Assembly (NCBI RefSeq): GCF_018977255.1 | Contig: NW_024705156.1 | Span: 1-64,000, forward strand | Direction of reading: 5' to 3' | DNA length: 64,000 nucleotides | Origin: Callorhinchus milii | Lineage: Eukaryota | Shown: one piece after another, positions 54,074 through 64,000 of the stretch | How positions within the stretch are numbered: position 1 is the stretch's first letter | Layout: the number at the start of each line of letters is the position of its first letter | Program-made: the position numbers and the translations under genes | The notes under the pieces: generated by a model | Database searches by the model: none | The model's input: only the letters and a program-made list of their open reading frames with translations | What the model was told of the DNA's origin: nothing

Positions 54074-55081
54074 TCAGAGGCGTCCCGTAATCTCGTCCGT
54101 GGCGGGGCAGGAAGGGCTGCAGGTCCCGGAGATTCCGCGGCCCGGTCGGCACCCGCGAGCGGAGCGTCCTCCCTCCTGCGGCGTCACGGCCGGCTTGTCT
54201 GTAAGGGGTACGACAGGCGCTCTTGCAAGGTCAGCAGGCACAGGCAAGGGCGAGTCGGCAGCAACAGACCCCGGCAAGGCAACCTCAGGAGATGACGCAT
54301 CAGGTCGCGGGGCAATGTACGGCTTCAACCGAGATGTATGTACGAACCAGCGCCGCGAACCAACCCGAACACGCGCCGACTGTGGGTTGGGAACCTCGAT
54401 GAGGCGGACCGGTCCTTGCCATGGTTTATGTAATTTAGGAGAGGTACCTGGCCGCACCTGTGGGCAATGAAGCCAGGCCAGGTCCCCCGTTTTCCAGGGG
54501 CACTCCCCCTTTGAACGTCGAGCACACCGCTCGTTCCGGGCCTGGGCTTTGGCCGTAGCCATGCGGGCTCCTTCCCTCGCCTCAGTGACACGGCGAACGT
54601 TGTCCTGAATATAATCAGGAAGAGGTTTAACAGGTCCCCTCGCTCCGGTTCCCAACTGCTCATTGATCGGCGGCACGTTTTCACGGCCGTACATAAGAAA
54701 GAACGGCGAATATCCAGTAGCCGCGTGCGGCGTCATGCGATACGCCGAAAGCACCCCAGGGATATGCAAATCCCAATCTGATTGTTTTTCACTGACCGTA
54801 TGACACAGCATGGCGGACAGGGTCCGATTTAACCGTTCCACCATACCATCCGTTTGTGGGTGGTAGGGGGATGTCCGTATCTTTTTAGTTCCAAGAGCCG
54901 CACACACCTCCCCCAACAATTTAGACGAAAAATTCCGGCCTTGGTCTGTAAGGAGCCTCTCCGGCGCCCCCTTGTCCATAACATACCCAAATAGAAAGGC
55001 GTCTGTGATAGACGCCGCTGACTGGTCAGGCAAAGGCCAGGCCATCGGCCAGCGGGAGAGGTACTCCACCCCCACTAGCAA
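54074..55081 (-). CDS. pol: Integrase catalytic core and C-terminal region (pol fragment)
   Basis: LLTDQGRNF and YHPQTDGMVER supply D and E of DDE; H.ATGYSPF and KLHKPWQGP..VHTSRLKPY are GPY/F-like. Joined to the upstream fragment by a frameshift near 55093. Confidence 0.95.
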   Translation of the reverse strand: MLVGVEYLSRWPMAWPLPDQSAASITDAFLFGYVMDKGAPERLLTDQGRNFSSKLLGEVCAALGTKKIRTSPYHPQTDGMVERLNRTLSAMLCHTVSEKQSDWDLHIPGVLSAYRMTPHAATGYSPFFLMYGRENVPPINEQLGTGARGPVKPLPDYIQDNVRRVTEAREGARMATAKAQARNERCARRSKGECPWKTGDLAWLHCPQVRPGTSPKLHKPWQGPVRLIEVPNPQSARVRVGSRRWFVHTSRLKPYIAPRPDASSPEVALPGSVAADSPLPVPADLARAPVVPLTDKPAVTPQEGGRSARGCRPGRGISGTCSPSCPATDEITGRL

Positions 55082-55413
55082 ATACTTATTTCCCTAGCGG
55101 ATGGCGGAAAGGGTCCCAAAATATCTAACGCCACCAATTCATTAACCCGAGATACCTGAATAGATTGTATCGGCGGCACATATGGATGTTTAGGTGGCTT
55201 CCGGCGGGCACAATCGGGACACGCGCGAACGTGACCGACGACATCTGTCGTCATGCCGTGCCAATAATAGTCTCGCTGCAGCGTCAATAGGGTCTTCTGC
55301 ACCCCCAGATGTAAAAGTGTGTCACAATGCAGAGTCCTAATCAATTCGTACCGCAATGATGCCGGTACAACCAGACGCCAGCGTTCCTGTATCCCTTCCC
55401 TCCACATCAGCAA
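55075..55413 (-). CDS. pol: Integrase N-terminal HHCC zinc-binding domain (pol fragment)
   Basis: LVVP...LHCDTLLHLG...YYW..M..DV...VRACPDC and the first catalytic D in ALDILGP. Confidence 0.93.
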   Translation of the reverse strand: MLMWREGIQERWRLVVPASLRYELIRTLHCDTLLHLGVQKTLLTLQRDYYWHGMTTDVVGHVRACPDCARRKPPKHPYVPPIQSIQVSRVNELVALDILGPFPPSAREISIC

Positions 55414-57116
55414 CCCATCTCGGAGAGCGGTTTCCGGCGCACCACCCGCACCGAGTCCCCTACTCGCCTTTCCGATCGCTTTCGTAACGTTACCAAGGAA
55501 TCATCCAACATTTGCTCCCGAATCCACACAGACCTCGGGAGACGCAAAATCCCATCAGCCGGTCCCCCATCAACCGGTCCCGGCTTAAGCGGAGCTTCAG
55601 GCACATCAACCGCCAGCGCGACAGGCTGAGGGGGGTGCTGAATCGGTCCACACCTATGCGTCCCCGACGCACACGCGCAAGGGGATCGCTGCGGCAACCT
55701 GGAAAGCGCGTCCGCATTAGCGTGACGCACACCCTTCCGATGGTGAATTTGGAAGGAAAATTCTTGCAGCGTGTCCAGCCACCTTGCCAATTGGCCGGAT
55801 GGCTGGTCCATCTTAAGAGCATACTGCAAGGCCGCATGGTCCGTGCGGACAATAAACGACCGACCGTACAGATACGGTCGAAATTGGCGGAGAAAAAAAA
55901 CAATAGCCAAAAGTTCCCTGCGAGTGACGCAGTAGCGGGTTTCCGCGGGAGACAAAACCCGACTACCATACGCCACTACGCGTTCAACTCCACCTTTTGA
56001 CTGAGACAACACCGCCCCAATGCCAGTGTCACTCGCATCCGTATCCAGAATGAAGGGATGTTCAAAATCCGGATAATCCAACGTCGGTGCCGTAGCCAAT
56101 AGATCGCGCAGGCTTCGAAACGCCGCCTCCTCCGGCGGTCCCCAAACAAATTTGTGTCCTTTCCCCGTAAGGAGATGCAAAGGCCTCGCGATCGTAGCAA
56201 AATTTGGAACAAACCTCCGATAATAAGAGGCGAACCCCAAAAACCGACGCACATCACCCACCGTGGCCGGGGTTGGCCAATCACGGACACACGCAGTTTT
56301 CTCCGGATCTGTGGCCACCCCGTCCGCACTAACAATATGCCCCAAGTATCGAACGGAGTGTTGCAGTAGGTGACATTTTTTTGGCTTGAATTTCAAATTA
56401 GCAGAACGCATCCTGGTGAATACAGCCTCCAACCGCAGTAAATGCTCATCAAATGTGCGGCTGAAGACGATAATATCGTCTAAATATATCAGACATGTCT
56501 CCCACTGCAACCCCGTTAATACCAACTCCATCAACCTCTGAAAAGTGGCAGGGGCCGCATTCAACCCCATCGGAAGACAGTTAAATTGGAATAACCCCTG
56601 CGGCGTACGGAAAGCAGTCTTTTCTCTCGAGGGCTCGTCAAGGGGGAGCTGCCAGAAGCCCGAAGAGAGATCTAGCGTTGAAAAGAACTTGGCCCCCGAC
56701 AAGGCGTCGAGAGAATCGTCCATACGCGGCAGGGGGTACGCATCTGCTACCGACACTTTATTCAACTTACGAAAATCGACACAAAATCGCAATTTGCCAT
56801 CCTTCTTTTTAACCAACACAACAGGCGCGCCCCATGGGCTGTTAGACGGAGATATTATGTCCGCTTTCAACATGTCATCCACTGCCCCTCGAACATGCTC
56901 TCGCTCAGCCGGACTCATCCGACGCGAGTTTAAGCGAATAGGGGCAGCGTCCCCTGTGTCGATATGATGATAAAGCAGCGAGGTGCGTCCCAAGTCCAAA
57001 TCGTCGGAGCTAAACACATCCGAATAACTCGATAATAATTTATGAATCGCACAACGTTGTTCGCCGGAAAGGGCTGAATTCTCCCCACACAATTCAGCGA
57101 TCCAACGATCATCCAC
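55407..57116 (-). CDS. pol: Reverse transcriptase and RNase H (pol fragment)
   Basis: RT motifs SPWGAPVVLVKKKDGKLRFCVDFRKLN, LDLSSGFWQ, LPMGLNAAPATFQR, YLDD; RNase H motifs LDTDASDTGIGAVL, RRELLAI, RTDHAAL, NADALSR. Confidence 0.98.
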   Translation of the reverse strand: MDDRWIAELCGENSALSGEQRCAIHKLLSSYSDVFSSDDLDLGRTSLLYHHIDTGDAAPIRLNSRRMSPAEREHVRGAVDDMLKADIISPSNSPWGAPVVLVKKKDGKLRFCVDFRKLNKVSVADAYPLPRMDDSLDALSGAKFFSTLDLSSGFWQLPLDEPSREKTAFRTPQGLFQFNCLPMGLNAAPATFQRLMELVLTGLQWETCLIYLDDIIVFSRTFDEHLLRLEAVFTRMRSANLKFKPKKCHLLQHSVRYLGHIVSADGVATDPEKTACVRDWPTPATVGDVRRFLGFASYYRRFVPNFATIARPLHLLTGKGHKFVWGPPEEAAFRSLRDLLATAPTLDYPDFEHPFILDTDASDTGIGAVLSQSKGGVERVVAYGSRVLSPAETRYCVTRRELLAIVFFLRQFRPYLYGRSFIVRTDHAALQYALKMDQPSGQLARWLDTLQEFSFQIHHRKGVRHANADALSRLPQRSPCACASGTHRCGPIQHPPQPVALAVDVPEAPLKPGPVDGGPADGILRLPRSVWIREQMLDDSLVTLRKRSERRVGDSVRVVRRKPLSEMGC

Positions 57117-57655
57117 CGCTCCATCGTGTGAAACACCCCCAACCAGCCCCCCGCTGGCAGATCACTCTGAGCCGTAAACGCCGTAGTGGCATGTGCCACA
57201 ACGGTACCAGCCGGCACACACACGCTTTCAGTACTCGCGTTAAGCACCTGCAAAAACGGCCGCTGATCTGGCCGGACAATAGTTTGCGCCCCCACCAGCG
57301 CCGATCCGCCCGTAATAGCGGCGGACGGCGACAGCAAAACCCCAAAAGCTCCCTGCCGACCAGGCACCGGCTTCCGATATCGTAAGGGAATGAGCATCTG
57401 TGAGCCAGGTGGAATATCAACAGAAACTTCCGATAACGCCTGCACCTGGGCGACAGGAGCAGGTCGCCCCCAGGCGGACGGTAAAAATGCCATTTTACGG
57501 CCCCCCGGTAATTCAATGCAGTTTTCATTGATTCGAATTAGAATGGGCATTTTAGCCAGAAAATCAGTACCCAACAGGCAAGGAACCGCAAGGGACCTCG
57601 AAATTAACACAATTCCCGAGGCCGACACACCCCCGATAGATATGTTAGCGTCCAC
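56930..57655 (-). CDS. pol: Protease C-terminal half and PR-RT linker (pol fragment)
   Basis: CLLGTDFL is the aspartic-protease C-terminal motif. It is followed by a linker with IPPG and VLN..V..P.GT.VA patterns. The true frame probably switches near 57150. Confidence 0.85.
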   Translation of the reverse strand: MDANISIGGVSASGIVLISRSLAVPCLLGTDFLAKMPILIRINENCIELPGGRKMAFLPSAWGRPAPVAQVQALSEVSVDIPPGSQMLIPLRYRKPVPGRQGAFGVLLSPSAAITGGSALVGAQTIVRPDQRPFLQVLNASTESVCVPAGTVVAHATTAFTAQSDLPAGGWLGVFHTMERWMIVGSLNCVGRIQPFPANNVVRFINYYRVIRMCLAPTIWTWDAPRCFIIISTQGTLPLFA

Positions 57656-58323
57656 CTGCCCACGATGCCCATGCTACCCCCGTTCGCAGCGACGCAAGAA
57701 GCGTAAGCCGGCCTCACGGCCCCTGGTGGGATGTTCAAAAGGTGGAATATCACGTCCGAAATGATGGTCGCGGACGCACCGGAATCCACCAAAATACGTA
57801 CGTCCACCCCTTGGATCGACCCGGGTACAGTGGACGAACCGGTAGCGGCCGCGACAACCCGCCGAGCCAACTTGCGCCACTGCGTTACCGAGCGACAAGG
57901 CGCAGATAATGGCCTCCCGTATTTAACAACATCCGCCTCGCACGACAACGGCGATGAGTGAGGTGTCAAGCCTTGCCGGGTGTCTGGTGCGCACCGACTT
58001 GCCTGTGCTGTAGAATCTTTCTTGGGAGCGTCCGCTGTCGAGGCCTCCTGCTGGGGCGGACCCGGAACGCGGGCCCAGCAGTCCCTGGCATAATGGCCCC
58101 GACGGCCGCAGCGGAAGCACTCGATGTCGTTGCGGCGCGCAGCGGGCACCCCGTCCCGACGCGGCCGTATCGGCGGCGCAGCCCGCGGCCCCGGCCCACC
58201 CCGGGCCGGCCACGGAGCGGAGGCGGCTGACAGCTCCTGCTGGCTGCTCCCATCCGGCACGTACACGGCCTTTTTAGGGTCCCACCCTAAGGCACCCCCT
58301 CGACGACAGGACCACCTGTCCAC
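57604..58323 (-). CDS. gag: Gag C-terminal CCHC zinc knuckle plus protease active site
   Basis: CFRCGRRGHYARDC (CX2CX4HX4C, ~58078-58119) and ILVDSGASATII (DSG at ~57778-57786) lie in the same frame. Confidence 0.93.
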   Translation of the reverse strand: MDRWSCRRGGALGWDPKKAVYVPDGSSQQELSAASAPWPARGGPGPRAAPPIRPRRDGVPAARRNDIECFRCGRRGHYARDCWARVPGPPQQEASTADAPKKDSTAQASRCAPDTRQGLTPHSSPLSCEADVVKYGRPLSAPCRSVTQWRKLARRVVAAATGSSTVPGSIQGVDVRILVDSGASATIISDVIFHLLNIPPGAVRPAYASCVAANGGSMGIVGRWTLTYLSGVCRPRELC

Positions 58324-59329
58324 GCCGTAACTTGTTTCCAGCGGCGGAGGTTAAACTGGGCGTCCAGACACTTGCCGCAGCCCGGGACGTGAGTTTTTCA
58401 TGACCGCACACCGGCATAGGAATGCCGAGATCCCGGGACAACTCCAACATCTTCCCCAGGATGAGAGGTTCCAGCAGGTCAGGCTCCGTCTCCGGGTAAG
58501 CGGCCATAGCTAGCTCCAACACCGCGCCCCTATACGCAACCGGTGACTCCTCGGGTGCGCGTTGTCGTTGCACAAACCGGCGATGGGCATCATCCGGCGG
58601 CTCGTACGCGTCCGCCATTTCGTCGAACACCCCTCGCAGAGTCTTCTTCTTCGCGGCTTTTATAGAGCGAAAAAAACGAACGGACTCATCATCGAGAAGG
58701 GTCGGAAGAACCTCCAGTGCCTCGGCGTCCGTCCACCTCGCTGAGCGTACCGCTGCCAGAAATCTACAGGCGAACGCACTCCAATCGCCCCCGATGGAGA
58801 ATTCCTTGACAGTTGTTAAGTGACGACTGCGACTCCTTGGCTTGCTCCCTCCGCCGCTGGCTCCTCCGGTGGCAAATTTAACATGGCGTCGCAACGCGGT
58901 GTCGACAAGATGGCGGCTGGCAATCGTGGAGGTCCCAAAATGGCGGCTTCCCGCTTTTCGTCGTGCGCCACGCCCAAGATGGCGTCGTCGTGCCGCGTGG
59001 CCGATGGCGGCGACATCGAAGACAACCCGGACTCCTGCGGACCACCAACATCTCCATCCGACGCCGCCCTCGGCGTGACAAGCTCACACAACTGAGTAAT
59101 GACATTCTTGAGAGTTACAAGTTGCTCCGCCATCTGGCTCCATCTTGAATCCGCGTCCTTTGGAGCAGACGGGTCCGCCGACACGACGACATCTTGGACC
59201 CCCGGACCCGCACTCATCCCAGCACGGATCTCTTCTTCTGCCAGAGTCAGGCCGACTTCAGGAGGAAGATCTTCGTCGTCGGAAGATGAAGCCGGACGGA
59301 ATATTCTTTTTTCTGAGTTGTTTCGCCAT
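58274..59329 (-). CDS. gag: Gag N-terminal/capsid region, split across frames
   Basis: ATG at 59329 just after the PBS; ORF pieces 58816-59421 and 58274-58894. The latter has Gypsy capsid-like features (F..GGDWSAF...W.D.EAL..LP.LL...A...F..R.R.PEES...Y). Confidence 0.75.
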
Positions 59330-59336
59330 GCCGTTT

Positions 59337-59350
59337 CACTTCTGACTCCA
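59337..59350 (-). other. Primer binding site, tRNA-Leu type
   Basis: Minus strand TGGAGTCAGAAGTG lies 1 nt inside the 5' LTR boundary. It matches TGGTGTCAGAAGTG, the complement of a vertebrate tRNA-Leu 3' end, at 13/14. Confidence 0.8.
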
Positions 59351-59351
59351 G

Positions 59352-59832
59352 TGTAATAAAGGACTCGGACGCTTCTCTCTGACTCCGTGTCCTTTATTTG
59401 GGTTCTTCGTATTACCCTCACGGCACTCTCTTAGAGATACTCTGCTTGCAGCCCCCGGCTGCTATCACTATTGTAGCCTCCTTCCTCTCCTTGCAGACTC
59501 GCTGCTAACTCCGTGTGCAGACCCCCGCTGCCAACTCCGTGTGCAGACTCCCGCTGCCAACTCCGTGTGCAGACCCCCGCTGCCACCTGCAGCCTCCTCG
59601 CTGCTCCGGGTCGGTCACCGTTGGCCGACGGTGCCGAACCTCGTTCCCCGCATACGTGGCGATCTCGCCACTCTCCCGCTCTCGCCCTACGTGGCCTACC
59701 TCGTTCTTAGTCTCCCGTCACTCCCCCTCCTCTTCCGGTTTCTCTCCCTATAGACCTGACCCCTCTCCCCACGTGACCTAACACCTCCCCTCATGACGTC
59801 ACCTCCGGGAGGTCGTTCACGCCCGCATTACA
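59352..59832 (-). repeat. 5' LTR (481 bp)
   Basis: TGTAAT...ATTACA; adjacent to the PBS; contains CRE TGACGTCA (59794-59801), E-box CACGTG (59770-59775) and a minus-strand AATAAA near 59393-59398. Confidence 0.96.
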
Positions 59833-60357
59833 AATGTAACAAATAAAAAGTTTACAAAATACATCTCTTTTCTTGGAGCCATTCATGGAGTGAAACTGAA
59901 ACCATCTATGGAGTGAAACTGAAAATGTCACCTGACCTCCCCCCCTATACAAAACATATTGAATCATCGATTTGTCTATCCTGAAACGTCTGGCAAACAA
60001 AGCTACGGTCTAAACACTTAATTTATCTCTCCATTTAAAGTATCAACTCTTGCAGCAATAAAATCGCGCAAAATAATTGTACAGCTCATGACAACCTTGT
60101 CTCTTTTGATTCGTCGCCATTTTACGCAGAGCATTAAATCCCGTGTATCTCAGACCCTGAGTGCGTTGGCGAATAAACAATTTAATTGCAAGACACATTC
60201 AGAGGGGGCCCCACTAAATGTCGGGGTGGACCGTTCACGGCGGTGTGCTGAGCCTCACACGGGCCCTCTCGGTTGGCACGGCAAGCGACCGCAGTCGCTG
60301 CAGTGGTTCGCCATGCGCACTCGCTTGCGGTGGCAGTGCTCAAGAGGACTCACCGGC

Positions 60358-60458
60358 CGCGTGTCACTTGTATGCACGTGCGCGTGTCACTTGTATGCAC
60401 GCGCGCGTGTCACTTGTATGCACGTGCGCGTGTCACTTGTATGCACGTGCGCGCGTCA
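60358..60458 (+). repeat. Minisatellite, 23-bp unit CGCGTGTCACTTGTATGCACGTG, ~4.4 copies
   Basis: Four near-perfect tandem copies are directly visible. Confidence 0.95.
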
Positions 60459-61157
60459 TAAATCAGCGGGGCGTAATTGCGAGCGTGCGTGTGCGCAATA
60501 CTTGCGACCTGCTCGTTAGTGTGCCGGTCTGCGCGTATTGTGATAGATGGACAAATCGTTTTGTGAACGAGTTACTCAAGAGTACGCGTGACATTTAAAT
60601 GTTTTTTTCTTCTACTACATTTCTATGTAGCCCCGAACACAAGTTCACTTATTCTTTCACGTAATGAAGCCTTTAAATATCCGCTTACCATTGAACTGGT
60701 TTTACCTTTTAAATAACCAGTTGAAGTCTTTTAACTCCTGCTCATACACACAAGAATACTTTTCAATTAAGCGCAACACCAATAATAAAATAATATATCC
60801 TTTCACCCTTCTGCCTTCTGTGTTCTCCCTGCCTGTGTGTAAGATGTACGATGGCTGGCTGTGTCACTGCAAGGCAGCCCGCGCAGCTTCCCCTCAGCTG
60901 GGAGATGAAGGGAGCGAGCGTCTTTGAACCCGTGGAAAGAGCCGGCTGTGAAGAGGGGCTATGATATCGCTCACGACGAGGTGCGCATCGGACGAGGCCG
61001 TCTCATGAGGCTGGAGTGGTGCAAGTGTCTTTGAGAACCTCAGTGTGGCACTGACAGTTGTCCACACATCTGGAAATGGAGGTAGTGCTTCGCTATATAT
61101 GTAGTATATACAGTATATATATAAATTTGATCCGTAGCTGCAACCCACTTGAGATAC

Positions 61158-61456
61158 GGGGTGACGTGGTGACGAGATGTTAACTACCTCGCCTGGTATG
61201 CAGGAAACCGTGGGTTCAATCCCGACCCTAACGCCTGTATATTTTTGGAGTTTGCATGTTCTTCCTGTGGTCGATTGGATTTTCTCTGTGTCCTCTGGGT
61301 TTTCCTTCCACATTTCGAATCAATAGGCGTTTAGAGTATTTGGCTGCTATAAATTTACACATGATGATAAGTTACTTCGTTGAGCTATCATTTGTGGCCA
61401 TGTCACTTCTTAAAAAGGATGTATAGCTCAGCGGGCCTTACTTGGTAACATAAAAA
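61158..61456 (+). mobile_element. V-SINE-like tRNA-derived SINE
   Basis: Head with B-box gggttcaatcc; V-core ggagtttgcatgttcttcctgtg...ttttctctgtgtcctctgggttttccttccacat; colinear with 50365-50642 including the tail. Confidence 0.82.
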
Positions 61457-64000
61457 GAGTTGATAGTTTTTTTTAGATTATAACTTTTTTATTTTCTGGT
61501 TTTGTTTTCTTCCAGTTATATTGTTGCAATGGCATCATTCAATTTGTGTCCTGAGACCTATATTTCATTGGGAATTCTTGCAGTTTAGCTTTGTTTTCTG
61601 CATTCATCGTTTCCTGAGCTGAGACCGTGAATGTACTCTACGTGAGAACCTGGTTTGTTCAAGATTTGGAAAAGACTAGGCCATGTGTGCCGGTGTCATG
61701 GTAACAAAAATCTAAATTAAATAACACATTTACGTGCAAACGAATTAATGGGGAATCACATTGTGATCATTGTCCCATAACTGTGAAAAAGCTGGACCCT
61801 CCTGAAAACGAGTGCTGAGACTCAGTGAGGCTTTCCCGGGTAATCTAATGTAATAATTGTGTGTGGCTGACCATGTTTGGACCTCAGCAGTGATGGCTCG
61901 TTTCTCTGACGACATCTTAGCTACTAAGCCCCACAGCCTCCTCCCCACCGGAGAATTGAGCTGCAGCGCATCTCATGATAAAGTGGGCCTCGCTCCATGG
62001 CCGCTGAACACAGCACACGGAGTTCCAGTCTCTCCACTGAAACGCATTCCTGTATAGGCTAATACGTCCGATTGTCATGAATTCACAATGTGCCCACGTT
62101 GTACAGAGTCCCCAGTGGGACGACCAAATGGCACTAAGTCAACACTCAGTGATAACGTTTATTGACAGATATTATAAGACGTCAATGTAAAAAAAAATCT
62201 TGAGATTCATGTTTCCCGGGAGCTTGTACCTTCCACAGTATTGCTTTGGCCTGGCCGTAAGAGGTCAAATCCATACAAATTAAATATAACAGTAATGTTT
62301 GTACACACACATAAATCACAGCATTTGCGAACACTGCCATTCAATAAAAGTCCGTTGTCTGTAAACTGTTTATACAACGGAGTGATGCATAGGCACGCAC
62401 GCCTGGGCGCCTGTCTTCGGGAGCCTGCGTCTCTGTGGGAAGATTACACACCTCAGCCAAAGTCGATTCCTCACATAGGGACAATGCACATCTGTGGAAC
62501 AGCAGCCCATATTTAATAAAAGGGTATGGCTTTGGAGTATAATTAAGTTCCACAGGATAATGGAATGCAATTTAATGTTATACTTTTCACCACCCACAAC
62601 CTCATCATTATTTAACTCTAATTGCTAGTGCGTAAAATATTAGAATTAACTTTATTTTTCGGGGGGGGGGGGGGGGGGGAGTTACGTTTGTTAGAATGAG
62701 GTTATGTTTGTTCGAAAAAAAAGAAAAGTAGACTAAAAATCAGCATTGATCATTTGTACGAGTGCATCAACAGCCCTTTTCTCCAATGGTGGATGAGACG
62801 ATCCTCGTGTCGTGCACGTTCTTCGACCACCATGCTGGTCAGTGCGGCTTGCTGAAGGCCTGCTGAAGGCGTAGCACATAGACGCACAGTACAGGTATCC
62901 CTCGATTTTTACGAAAAGGGGATGCGTCCTTCAAAGAAACACGCCTAAAACAACATTTAGTGAATCGGATGGCTCTTTCCATGAACTTAATACGAAAAAC
63001 ATTAGGGATTTGTGTTTCGGATGTGCGCCATTCTTAATCTACTCCTAACTTAAACATACACCTATATCACTTTTTTCCAATACAAAAATTATAATAAAGA
63101 ACGTACATTTTTAAACGGTTGAATAATGATTGAAAATAAATATAATTAATCTTTGCAGTGAAATCACCAAAAGATCTGCTGCATGTTGGAATGACTGGAC
63201 AGGTCATGTGGAGGCATTATCGTTGCACTGCAGTGACACCGTGAGGCTGTCGCAGATGGATGATGACGCTGCCACCCGGGTGATTCTTGTTTGATGATCT
63301 CATGGTGCATGCTGTGTAAAATTTGTTCATGCAGAAATTATATTTCATTAACCAAAAAGTGTCCAAAATTGATCAATGGCGATAATGTGAAATTTCTCAA
63401 ACCGAACGTTCGGAATTCCAAAGATTCCTGCTCAATGTTAGATTGTTTTCCCACAGAGGAGACATCTGCACTTCCCTCTACTGCCCACTATAGATCCCCA
63501 CAGCGTATGACACCTGTTATGCAATGTGGTCACCCATCTAAGCACCAAACCATGTGTAGTGACATCGGGGATGTGACTGTATGGTGCCGACCCGGGAGGG
63601 CCGTAGAGTGCGATGTACTTACCTCGTGGACAGCACCGTGTGGGTTGCTGTGGGAGGCCGGCTCTAGCACAGCACGGCGTGCGATGCATCGTCATCGCGT
63701 ATATCCCGTAGGTGGTTGTAGTACTAGCCCTAGCGGGGCTTGGTGAACGCTGGGATAGCGCGGGCACAACGCATAGCTCGTGCGGGCTCCCACAAGGGGG
63801 AGCGGGAGGGTGTCAGCCCAGGGGCAGCGTTGCCCCGGGCCATGGCACTCTGGTTGACCCCGTAGACACGTGATCCGGAGTGTCCACAGAGAGGGCCCAG
63901 GTGGGGGGGGGCTAGGGGGTGATCACGTGTCCAGGGAGAGCTCTCGAGAGGGATCGAGAGGGAGCTAGAACACTCGAGAAGGCGGACGGGGCCAAGGGCA

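Larger units (their letters stand above)
53328..59832 (-). mobile_element. Full-length Ty3/Gypsy LTR retrotransposon, recent insertion
   Basis: Two near-identical LTRs with TGTAAT...ATTACA termini; 4-bp TSD AATG at 53324-53327 and 59833-59836; PBS and PPT in place; domain order gag-PR-RT-RNaseH-IN is the Ty3/Gypsy order; no env seen. Confidence 0.97.

Noticed and set aside
53784-54074. Hydrophobic 122-aa ORF (53784-54152) before the 3' LTR as a possible env
   Set aside because: Too short, with no signal peptide or furin site; hydrophobicity comes from the T-rich 3' UTR.
53927-59356. Plus-strand and alternate-frame ORFs overlapping the Gypsy element
   Set aside because: Shadow ORFs caused by high GC content of the gag-pol region.

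Overview
The window has three very different parts. (1) 1-1221 is ordinary-looking animal non-coding DNA with a degenerate ~140 bp hairpin, ending in a 30-N assembly gap. (2) 1252-~44030 (~42.8 kb) looks like independent, near-uniform random sequence: about 50% GC, no visible CpG/TpA/CTAG depletion, no microsatellites or repeats, and ORFs no longer than chance (longest 181 aa). I support no gene or system there and treat it as filler, shuffled sequence or an artefact. (3) 44031-64000 is repeat-rich vertebrate-type DNA; the V-SINE cores and GC/CpG-rich repeats suggest a fish or cyclostome such as lamprey, which is an inference. It opens with a ~264 bp spacer-less palindrome whose arms differ almost only by indels. 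It contains several tRNA-derived SINEs (V-domain type, and a second family with RTE-like or other tails), a candidate 7SL/Alu-like head joined to a V-domain core, an 11-bp telomere-like minisatellite and a 23-bp minisatellite. It also holds a young full-length Ty3/Gypsy LTR retrotransposon on the minus strand (53328-59832; AATG TSD, ~99% identical LTRs, tRNA-Leu-type PBS, PPT, gag-PR-RT-RNaseH-IN broken by frameshifts that are probably assembly errors). No host protein-coding gene could be confidently called. The best biological novelty candidate is the 7SL-headed V-SINE-like element at ~48181-48670.
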